Shown here: positions 37,520 to 44,971 of the stretch, piece after piece
How the letters are laid out: the number at the start of each line of letters is the position of its first letter
How positions within the stretch are numbered: position 1 is the stretch's first letter
Source: an uncultured Methanosarcinales archaeon
GTDB lineage: Archaea > Nanobdellota > Nanobdellia > Woesearchaeales > CAYSVS01
Direction: 5' to 3'
Assembly: GCA_964434475.1 (NCBI GenBank)
Contig: CAYSVS010000005.1
Location: forward strand, 1-44,971
DNA length: 44,971 nt
Program-made: the position numbers and the translations under genes
Notes under the pieces: model-generated
Seen by the model: the letters and a program-made list of their open reading frames with translations, nothing else
What the model was told of the DNA's origin: nothing
Databases searched by the model: none

Positions 37520-39385
37520 ATGTTCGGATTTCTTAAAAAAAAACTGAAAAAGTCTGTTGAAAATATTACTGAAAATATAGAAGAGCAGGGAGAAGAAGAG
37601 ATTAAAGAAGTGCCTCTTGAAAAAGAAGAGGAAAAAAAAGGGTTTTTCTCGAAACTTAAGCAAAGGTTCTCAAAAAGAGAAGAGGATATAAAATCAGAGA
37701 CTGAAGAAAAAAAGCCAGAAACAGAAGATAAGAAAGCTGAAGAAAAAGAAGAGCAAAAAGAAGAAATAGAAAAAAAAGAACCTGAACAAAAGCAAACACA
37801 TGAAACAGAAGATAAAAAAGAAAAAAAACCAGAAAAAGAAGAACATAAAGAAGAAATAGAAAAAAAAGAACCTGAACAAAAGCAAACACATGAAACAGAA
37901 GATAAGAAAGCTGAAGAAAAAGAAGAGCAAAAACCGAAAAAAGAAAAGATTCTTGAAGAAATAAAAGAAACTTATGACAAAGATAAATCTGAAAAGATTA
38001 TACGTGAATCTACAGGTATGGATATAAAGGGAGAGCCTGTCGAAAAAAAACTTATAAAACAGGACCAGGAAAAACACAAGCAGGAAAAGAAAGTAGAAAA
38101 AGACATAAAACACGTGAAAGAAGATATCAAGAAAGTAGAGGAAGATATTGAAGAGCACAAGTCTCCAAAAGATATAAAAAAAGATATAAACAAAGCTCAA
38201 AAAGACATAAATAATACAATAAAAGAAGAAAAGAAACTGATAAAACCGACTGCAGAAGAGATTCTTGAAGAAGTGAAAGAAGAGCAGGACGAGATTAAGA
38301 AAGACGCTGCTGATATTGAAAAAGATATAACAAAAGCAAAGAAACATATTGACAGCAAAGATATTAAAAAATTAAAGAAAGATATTAACAAGATAGAAAA
38401 AGATACTAAAAAGTTCATAAAAGAACATGGAAAAGATCTGCAAAAAGAGAAGAAGCTTGAAGAAAAAGCAGACATCCATGAACTTGACGCAAAAGCAGTA
38501 CAGAAAGAAGCTAAAGGATTTTTCAGCAGGCTAAAGCAAAAGATAGTAACCAAAAAGATATCTGCAGAACAGTTTGAGAACATATTTTGGGAGCTTGAAC
38601 TGATACTTCTGGAAAACAACGTCGCTGTTGAAGTGATAGATAAGATAAAAAAAGAGCTAAAATCCGCCTTGGTAGAAAAACCCATAAAAAGAGGCATGAT
38701 CAGCAGCACCATAACCAATACATTAAAAGAAACTATAGAAAAACTGTTTGATGTAGAACAGATAAATATACTTGAAAAGATAAAGAACAAAAAACCATAT
38801 GTCATCTGCTTTGTTGGAGTAAACGGCAGCGGAAAGACAACAACAATAGCTAAAGTCGCACAATTTCTAAAAAACAACAATCTAAGCTGCGTGATGGCAG
38901 CAGCAGACACTTTCAGAGCAGCAGCTATAGACCAACTTGAGGAACACGCAAATAACCTAAATATCAAGATGATCAAACATGATTACGGCAGTGATGCAGC
39001 AGCTGTAGCTTTTGATGCAGTAAAATATGCAGAAGCTAAAGAGATAGACTGCGTGCTTATAGATACAGCAGGCAGATTACACAGCAATATCAACCTTATG
39101 CAGGAATTGAAAAAAGTAACAAGAGTAGCTGATCCAGACCTGAAAATATTCGTAGGAGAAGCAATAACAGGTAATGACTGTATCGAACAGGCACAAAAAT
39201 TCAACGAATCAGTAGGCATAGACGGCATTGTACTTGCAAAAGCAGATGTTGACGAAAAAGGAGGAGCAAGCATCAGCGTAAGTTATGTAACAAAAAAACC
39301 CATATTATTCTTTGGTACAGGCCAGAACTATGAAGACTTAGAGAAATTCGACAAAAATATAATCATGGAAAATCTAGGGTTATAA
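37520..39385 (+). CDS. ftsY: SRP receptor FtsY with a ~330-aa charged N-terminal extension
   Basis: MFGFLKKKL start; GVNGSGKTTT, DTFRAAA, DTAGR, KADVDEKGG, GTGQNYEDL. Confidence 0.97.
   Translation: MFGFLKKKLKKSVENITENIEEQGEEEIKEVPLEKEEEKKGFFSKLKQRFSKREEDIKSETEEKKPETEDKKAEEKEEQKEEIEKKEPEQKQTHETEDKKEKKPEKEEHKEEIEKKEPEQKQTHETEDKKAEEKEEQKPKKEKILEEIKETYDKDKSEKIIRESTGMDIKGEPVEKKLIKQDQEKHKQEKKVEKDIKHVKEDIKKVEEDIEEHKSPKDIKKDINKAQKDINNTIKEEKKLIKPTAEEILEEVKEEQDEIKKDAADIEKDITKAKKHIDSKDIKKLKKDINKIEKDTKKFIKEHGKDLQKEKKLEEKADIHELDAKAVQKEAKGFFSRLKQKIVTKKISAEQFENIFWELELILLENNVAVEVIDKIKKELKSALVEKPIKRGMISSTITNTLKETIEKLFDVEQINILEKIKNKKPYVICFVGVNGSGKTTTIAKVAQFLKNNNLSCVMAAADTFRAAAIDQLEEHANNLNIKMIKHDYGSDAAAVAFDAVKYAEAKEIDCVLIDTAGRLHSNINLMQELKKVTRVADPDLKIFVGEAITGNDCIEQAQKFNESVGIDGIVLAKADVDEKGGASISVSYVTKKPILFFGTGQNYEDLEKFDKNIIMENLGL
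37718..37933 (+). repeat. Intragenic tandem duplication (84/90-bp period) in the ftsY N-terminus
   Basis: 37757-37815 identical to 37847-37905; 37718-37759 identical to 37892-37933. Confidence 0.9.
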
Positions 39386-39407
39386 AAAATAAAAAGAGGT
39401 GTAAAAT

Positions 39408-39779
39408 ATGGCATTTTTAAATGAAATATTCATAAAGATTCTTTTAATATTTTTCAGTGCATTTGTTTTGCAAAGAGTGATTATTTATTTCAATATCGCT
39501 AACCAAAGCTATAATACTGCATTAAGCATTGCAGCGATAACAGGGTTCGTAGAATACATTTTAGGATGGCTGCCTTTTCAACATATAAGCAAAATAGCTT
39601 TCGTCTTAAGTATAATGACAGCTTGCTATATGGTAATGTTTTTCTATGAAACAACAATAAAAGACACCTTGCTGATAGTCTTTCCATGGTATATGATCTA
39701 TCTTATATTTGCATTGATTATACTAATCTTTTTTGGATTGATTAGCGACACTTCAAGAGCATTGTTATTTTATCCATAA
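39408..39779 (+). CDS. Hypothetical four-TM membrane protein
   Basis: GAGGTG SD; hydrophobic throughout. Confidence 0.75.
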   Translation: MAFLNEIFIKILLIFFSAFVLQRVIIYFNIANQSYNTALSIAAITGFVEYILGWLPFQHISKIAFVLSIMTACYMVMFFYETTIKDTLLIVFPWYMIYLIFALIILIFFGLISDTSRALLFYP

Positions 39780-40438
39780 AAATCTACACAATCCGAAAAC
39801 AAAATTCCTTTTTTTAATTTTACAGGACGCCATTCATCATCTATAAGATTAGCGTCAAGCCATTCAGCCAATTCATTCGGATTGCCTATAGTTGCAGACA
39901 AAGCAATAATCTGACTTTTTGGAAGAATATCTTTCAGCATAGTGATAAGTATCTCTAATGTCGGCCCTCTGCCAGGATCGTTCAACAGATGCACCTCATC
40001 CACCACAATAGTTTTGACATACTTAAGCCAAGGGGTATGATGCCTTATCAAACTGTCGAATTTCTCGCTTGTTGCTATGATTATATCATACTTGTTAAGA
40101 TAAGTATCAACTTTATCTAGATTGCCGATAGAAAGCGCAACTTTTGCTATATCTCCGTATTTTTTCTTAAAATCCTTAAACTTTTCTGTTGCCAAAGCTT
40201 TCAACGGCACTATATAGATACCTTTTCCTTTTCTTTCAAGAATATTCTTAATTATTGCTATTTCAGCTATCAAAGTCTTACCAGATGCAGTAGGTGTACA
40301 GACAAGCAGATTTTTTCCTTCTAAAAGCCCTGCTTCAACTGCTTTTTGCTGCGAAGGTCTAAGCTTTTCTATCTTACTTTTTTTAAGAATATTATAGAGT
40401 TGTATTGGCACAAGTTTCTTTATCTTATTTAACTCCAT
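39770..40438 (-). CDS. Hel308/Ski2-like SF2 helicase, N-terminal RecA1 domain only (222 aa)
   Basis: LRPSQ, PTASGKT, PLKALA.EK, TSEKFDSL.R, DEVH, LSATIGN, WRPV.L followed by a stop. Confidence 0.85.
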   Translation of the reverse strand: MELNKIKKLVPIQLYNILKKSKIEKLRPSQQKAVEAGLLEGKNLLVCTPTASGKTLIAEIAIIKNILERKGKGIYIVPLKALATEKFKDFKKKYGDIAKVALSIGNLDKVDTYLNKYDIIIATSEKFDSLIRHHTPWLKYVKTIVVDEVHLLNDPGRGPTLEILITMLKDILPKSQIIALSATIGNPNELAEWLDANLIDDEWRPVKLKKGILFSDCVDFYG

Positions 40439-40550
40439 ATAGATCAGAAATCATATTTATTATATAAAATATTATATTATTATAATCAAAAACACATAGT
40501 AACAATAGTTAACAGAGCTTCAATTACCACTCTAGCATAACAAAAACCCA

Positions 40551-40564
40551 AAAGATTTATAAAT
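40551..40564 (+). promoter_or_regulatory. BRE-TATA promoter of the kinase-PHP pair
   Basis: aaagatttataaat about 29 nt upstream of ATG 40593. Confidence 0.5.
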
Positions 40565-40592
40565 GAACTTATATTTAACATAATCAGAGAAT

Positions 40593-43052
40593 ATGTCGCA
40601 AAAAATTGAAGAGATAATCAGCAAACTAGACTCAAGATTAAGCTACATACCTGTATCTTCTACAATCAATGAAACAATTGAAAGTTTCGAAAGTTCCTAT
40701 GGAAAAAATTCAGAATATTTAAGCATAGAAGACAGAATAAACATCATTATAGAGATTCAAAAAAAAGGCATTATACCTGAGTTGTTGCACAGCCGTATAA
40801 AAGAAGAGAGAAAAAAATTCGAATTAAATTCAAAAAATAACGGCAAAAAAGTTGCATCAACAATTCAAGAATTTATAGAAATAATACAAGAAAAATATAA
40901 AGATCTCGAAAAAAATAGCCAAACCAACCATAACTACGATATTTATTCACACCACTTTAAGAAGCACAAAGAATGGCCGCATATTTCTGACATAGAATTC
41001 TGGACATCCTGTCTTAAGGAAAAAGGACTTAAGGATTCTCCCCTTCTAGAGAGGATAAAATCATGCAAGAATGATAAGGACATTCTTGAAATAGACTTAT
41101 CAGAATATGGACTTAATAACCTCAACGTAATTGCAATTTCAGACGATTTATCAAAAAACCACATAGAATATTTTAAAGAAAATAACATCCAAACAATCCC
41201 GTTTAAAAAATTAAAAAAACTTGGAATGAATAAGGATCTAGACAAATATGATATAATAATAGTAAATAAATCTAAAAAAGATGAAATCATAGAGAACAAT
41301 GAAAAAAACAAAAAGCCAGTTAAAAAAGCACTTCTTGATTATCTTGAAATAGATCATGGGAAAAGAGCAAATGATCTCTTAAATATTGCAAAAAAAGCCA
41401 TATCAAGAGATAAGCTTAAATCTGCAAAAACAGTTTTAACAAAAGCAATATATTTAAAAGAACACTTTATTGATGCCCACCATTACTCAGGTATCGTCAA
41501 TTACGAGTTAGGAGACAATGAAGAAGCGATTGAACATTTTAAAGAAGTTATATCAAAGAATCCAAATTATATTGAAGCCTATTTCCATATGGCAGAATGT
41601 TTTATGAAACTTGATAAATACGATTCTGCACAAAAAACATATCAAAGAGTTATAGACATAATCCAAAATGACCAACTAAGCTATGTTCTAGACGGAATTA
41701 AATTTGCAAAAAAAGAAGGCTTAAATTGTGTTGACATTACTCAAAACATCCCTTGTGTACTGATTCCAAAAAAGTTTGCAGGACCAAAAAAATTCTATAA
41801 ACTATTTAAGCCAAATAAAGAAGAGATTGCTTTAGATGAAAAAAACGTCACGCAATATTTCAAAAACAATGAAAAAAAGATAAGCATCCCTTCAGGAATA
41901 AAGGTTAACTTTCCGTCTGCAATCGCATTTAAGTTAAGCAAGATGAATTATAGTGCGCTTAATGTATATGATTTTATGCAGGGAGAAAGACTTTCTGACC
42001 TTATAAAAAACTCAAAAAAGAAGGTAAAAAAAACAGCAATAGAAAATGTTGTAGACATTACTGCCAATATGCATAACATAGGAAAAGAAATAAGTTCAGA
42101 AGACATAAGAACATTAAAATACAACATTAAAATAGGAGATGAATTTATGAAACTTGATTTCTACACACAAAGATTCAACTATAAATTATTGAACGTTTTA
42201 GAAAAGAACTATAATAAAAAGATTTCTGACAAAGACAAAAAATTCCTTATAACTAGACACAAAAATATAATTTCTTCAAAATTAATTTTAGCACCTGATG
42301 AGTTATATGCTATTTACACTGATGCAAACATAAGAAATTTCTTATTTAGGTCATCAAGTTCAAAAATATTGGCAGAGCCATTTTCAAATCGCGGATCAAA
42401 AGATTCTATATCAAGGATTGATCTGGAAAAAAGCTCGAAGAGACTGGGATTGATAGATGTTATAACAGCAATAGAGCACGAATACGTATTCAAACACAAC
42501 AAAACAGATAACAAGAATTACAGCAAAAAAGATGCAAAATATTTGGCTAGAAGATGGTGGGCTACTTTAAGGTTTAAAGAAAAACCAGAATATAAAGAAC
42601 TTATTAAAGCGCTCAAAAACAATGATTTCTATTCCTTTTTTCAAAAACACTTCAATAATGATGAAATAAAAAATTTTGAAAATATTAGATACTTTGCTTC
42701 TGCTCAAAGACATGCTACAATATTAGGAGATACACTAAAATACTATAAAAACATAGAAAAAGTACTGGATCAGTATAAGACTAACCCTCTTATAAAATCA
42801 TTTGAAAAAAATAGGAATACCAAATCATATGCAATATGCTTAACTGAATTAGACAAAAAAGAAAAGATGATTTATAACTTTGAGGATCTTAACCACAACG
42901 AGGATTTGCGAAATTATATCACATTAAAAGTAATGCAAGAAGAGCTTAATATCAGAAAACAACACCATAAAACAATATTCCTTAACAGACTAAAGGCAAA
43001 AGGACTCCATAAATATTACAAGGTAATGAAAAAATATTTAAAAGGTGTTTAA
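40593..43052 (+). CDS. Multidomain protein: unknown N-terminus, TPR repeats, APH/choline-kinase-like phosphotransferase domain
   Basis: TPRs (AHHYSGIVNYELGDNEEAIEHFKEVI..NPNYIEAYFHMAECF); kinase FYKLF..E, VYDFMQGERLSD, ANMHN, YTDANIRNFL, IDLE. Confidence 0.75.
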   Translation: MSQKIEEIISKLDSRLSYIPVSSTINETIESFESSYGKNSEYLSIEDRINIIIEIQKKGIIPELLHSRIKEERKKFELNSKNNGKKVASTIQEFIEIIQEKYKDLEKNSQTNHNYDIYSHHFKKHKEWPHISDIEFWTSCLKEKGLKDSPLLERIKSCKNDKDILEIDLSEYGLNNLNVIAISDDLSKNHIEYFKENNIQTIPFKKLKKLGMNKDLDKYDIIIVNKSKKDEIIENNEKNKKPVKKALLDYLEIDHGKRANDLLNIAKKAISRDKLKSAKTVLTKAIYLKEHFIDAHHYSGIVNYELGDNEEAIEHFKEVISKNPNYIEAYFHMAECFMKLDKYDSAQKTYQRVIDIIQNDQLSYVLDGIKFAKKEGLNCVDITQNIPCVLIPKKFAGPKKFYKLFKPNKEEIALDEKNVTQYFKNNEKKISIPSGIKVNFPSAIAFKLSKMNYSALNVYDFMQGERLSDLIKNSKKKVKKTAIENVVDITANMHNIGKEISSEDIRTLKYNIKIGDEFMKLDFYTQRFNYKLLNVLEKNYNKKISDKDKKFLITRHKNIISSKLILAPDELYAIYTDANIRNFLFRSSSSKILAEPFSNRGSKDSISRIDLEKSSKRLGLIDVITAIEHEYVFKHNKTDNKNYSKKDAKYLARRWWATLRFKEKPEYKELIKALKNNDFYSFFQKHFNNDEIKNFENIRYFASAQRHATILGDTLKYYKNIEKVLDQYKTNPLIKSFEKNRNTKSYAICLTELDKKEKMIYNFEDLNHNEDLRNYITLKVMQEELNIRKQHHKTIFLNRLKAKGLHKYYKVMKKYLKGV

Positions 43053-43878
43053 GATAATAAATCTTCACATCCATACAAATAAATCAGACGGCAAAGGATC
43101 ATTGTTAAGCATATTAGGAGAAATTGAAAAAAACAAAATAGATACTTTCTCTATAGCAGACCACGACACAATAACATATGACTCAAGCATAGATAAAAAA
43201 TTAAACTCAAAATCATATTGGATACCTGCAGTTGAAATTTCTGCAGATGTAAACATTCATTTTCTATATTATCTAAAAAAAGATAAAGAACTAAAGAACA
43301 AAATAAAATCAATAGAACAAAAATTAAAAAAGATTAGATACACAAGAACCCATATAACAAGACAGATGCTCAATAAATACAAAAAAAAAGTTAAAAGCAG
43401 TATAGGAAAAGATATTAAATTCAAAAAATTAGAAGAATTTGCTAAAGAAAGCTCTTATGTTGGAAGATCACATCTTGCTGAATATCTTATGGACATTGGA
43501 TATGCAGCAGACAAATCATTCATAATTAACGATACAAGCAAAAATGGATTCGCTTATATCAAGAGAAAATACCCTTTGTCGATAAAGCAAGTTATGGCAT
43601 TAAAGAAAAAATGCGATGTATTATGTTTCTTAGCACATCCTGGAAGAACCTTTAAACAAGAAGCAAGAGATAAAATTAAAGAATTCAAAAAACTTGGACT
43701 GGATGGATTTGAGATAAGTACAGCAGACGACATAAATTTTGCAAAGAAAAATAAATTACATACTTCAATAGGAAATGACTATCATGGAATTCCTGGAAAA
43801 GACGACATTACCTGCAATCTAAACGTTGACTTGGATTCTTACACATTCGACTGGATAACTGAAATAAAGAAAAAATAA
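43045..43878 (+). CDS. PHP-domain phosphoesterase (TrpH/YciV-like)
   Basis: LHIHTNKSDG, IADHDT, AVEIS, GRSHLA, LAHPGR, LDGFE, GNDYHG; GTG start overlaps the upstream stop. Confidence 0.9.
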   Translation: MFKIINLHIHTNKSDGKGSLLSILGEIEKNKIDTFSIADHDTITYDSSIDKKLNSKSYWIPAVEISADVNIHFLYYLKKDKELKNKIKSIEQKLKKIRYTRTHITRQMLNKYKKKVKSSIGKDIKFKKLEEFAKESSYVGRSHLAEYLMDIGYAADKSFIINDTSKNGFAYIKRKYPLSIKQVMALKKKCDVLCFLAHPGRTFKQEARDKIKEFKKLGLDGFEISTADDINFAKKNKLHTSIGNDYHGIPGKDDITCNLNVDLDSYTFDWITEIKKK

Positions 43879-43882
43879 AAAA

Positions 43883-44803
43883 TTAAAGATACATTGCTGC
43901 TAAAGGACCATTTAAATCAAATATTAATGATTTCAAATGACTCAGATAAAAAAGCATATGGGCATCTTTTAAGTTAAGGTTATCATAAAACTTATTCTCT
44001 ATTACTTCAATCTTCTTCTTTAAAGCTATAAATTTCTCTAGTTTCTTAAGATTAAACTTATAGAACAAATCATAAAAGCATTCAAAAAACTCGTTTATCA
44101 AGCGAAATAAATTCTCTAATTCTTTTGACAATGACAAATTATTATTCAAAGCATATTCACAAATATCAGCATAAATATCACCAATTTTTTCAATCTGCTC
44201 TAAAATACAGTAAAGAGGAGCTGTTTTTTGAAAAGAAATACTACCTGGGCTTTTATTCACAACCCTTCTGCAGAAATCCAAAAATTTGTCAATATTATCA
44301 TCTTTTGTAATGATGTTCTTAAGTGCATCAGAATCATTATTTTTGATAGCTTCAAGAGAGTCAACACCTGTTGCCTTAAGAAATAAAAATCCTCTTCTTA
44401 ATACAGAATCAAATTCTCCAGCGACAGATTTTGAAATATTTTTAGTAACAATCTTATCTCTTTCATGCCCTATTATCTCAAAACCAATACAGGTTTCATT
44501 CATTACATCCTGTACTTTTTTCAACTGTTCGTTTGAATTAAAATTAATTGTCAATTCATCATATCCTGCCTTGTATAATGCACCAATTATACGTTTAACA
44601 GATAAAGATAAATCTGCTAGGTCTATTTTTTTTACAAGCTGTTCTTCATCATCCCCAATCTTTGCTTTTAGGAAAAGAGTGTTTCCTTCAGCATCAACCC
44701 TTATCAAGCTCCCTTTCTTAAGATTATTCTTCTCTAACCAATCCTTTGGCAAAGATATAACAAAAGATGATTTTCCAAATGCTATCAGTTTTCTAAATTC
44801 CAT
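43883..44803 (-). CDS. phoU: Archaeal AbrB-PhoU phosphate-uptake regulator
   Basis: RKLIAFGKSSFVISLPKDW AbrB domain; LYKAGYDE; DDNIDKF, EQIEKIGD PhoU motifs; GGGGGTG SD before ATG 44803. Confidence 0.88.
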   Translation of the reverse strand: MEFRKLIAFGKSSFVISLPKDWLEKNNLKKGSLIRVDAEGNTLFLKAKIGDDEEQLVKKIDLADLSLSVKRIIGALYKAGYDELTINFNSNEQLKKVQDVMNETCIGFEIIGHERDKIVTKNISKSVAGEFDSVLRRGFLFLKATGVDSLEAIKNNDSDALKNIITKDDNIDKFLDFCRRVVNKSPGSISFQKTAPLYCILEQIEKIGDIYADICEYALNNNLSLSKELENLFRLINEFFECFYDLFYKFNLKKLEKFIALKKKIEVIENKFYDNLNLKDAHMLFYLSHLKSLIFDLNGPLAAMYL

Positions 44804-44892
44804 TAAGTACACCCCCTATAATGGTAATTAAGCGTTATTTAATATATGATTCAAATGAAATATATATAACATATAGCTAAAGTATATATAGG

Positions 44893-44907
44893 TATTTAAA
44901 GGTTACT
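44893..44907 (-). promoter_or_regulatory. Putative BRE-TATA promoter for phoU
   Basis: Minus strand agtaacc-tttaaata, followed by TATATA-rich repeats. Confidence 0.45.
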
Positions 44908-44922
44908 GTTTTAAAATATAAT

Positions 44923-44971
44923 TGTACGATTTGAAAATTCTTGCAATTTCTATATTTATTAATTTTGCAAT
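44923..44971 (-). repeat. 49-bp inverted repeat, right copy
   Basis: Reverse complement is identical to 5-53. Confidence 0.95.

Noticed and set aside
36261-39273. Long antisense ORFs (36261-37154, 37694-38347, 38197-38976; also 24815-25426 and 44286-44831)
   Set aside because: They shadow well-supported genes on the opposite strand and have the F/S/L/I-rich composition expected from antisense A-rich codons
1-44971. Linear plasmid, virus or transposon with terminal inverted repeats
   Set aside because: The interior carries core chromosomal genes and no replication or transposition genes, and the left repeat lies inside a truncated ORF

Overview
AT-rich archaeal chromosomal segment. Gene content points to a DPANN lineage, probably Woesearchaeota-like (inference): aIF6, prefoldin alpha, FtsY, SRP54, ScpA, AbrB-PhoU, a Hel308-like fragment, BRE/TATA promoters, mostly leaderless genes and many Lys-rich orphans. 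Housekeeping genes (thrS, srp54, ftsY, eif6, pfdA, an RsmB/NOP2 methyltransferase, scpA) alternate with accessory modules. (1) A surface-fibre locus of three secreted GNVGIGT-repeat proteins with near-identical 5' cassettes and an embedded Schlafen/AlbA-HATPase-HTH gene, preceded by an AAA ATPase and a nucleotidyltransferase/small-partner pair. (2) A trehalose module (GalT-like, GH15, TreT, MscS). (3) A TPR + APH/choline-kinase-like protein overlapping a PHP phosphoesterase, next to phoU. (4) Three copies of an unannotated ~130-195 bp multi-hairpin intergenic repeat, two of which bracket one gene. (5) A perfect 49-bp inverted repeat joining the two window ends. I saw no rRNA, tRNA, CRISPR array, transposase, integrase or reverse transcriptase. 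All product calls come from motif recognition by eye; no database searches were run.
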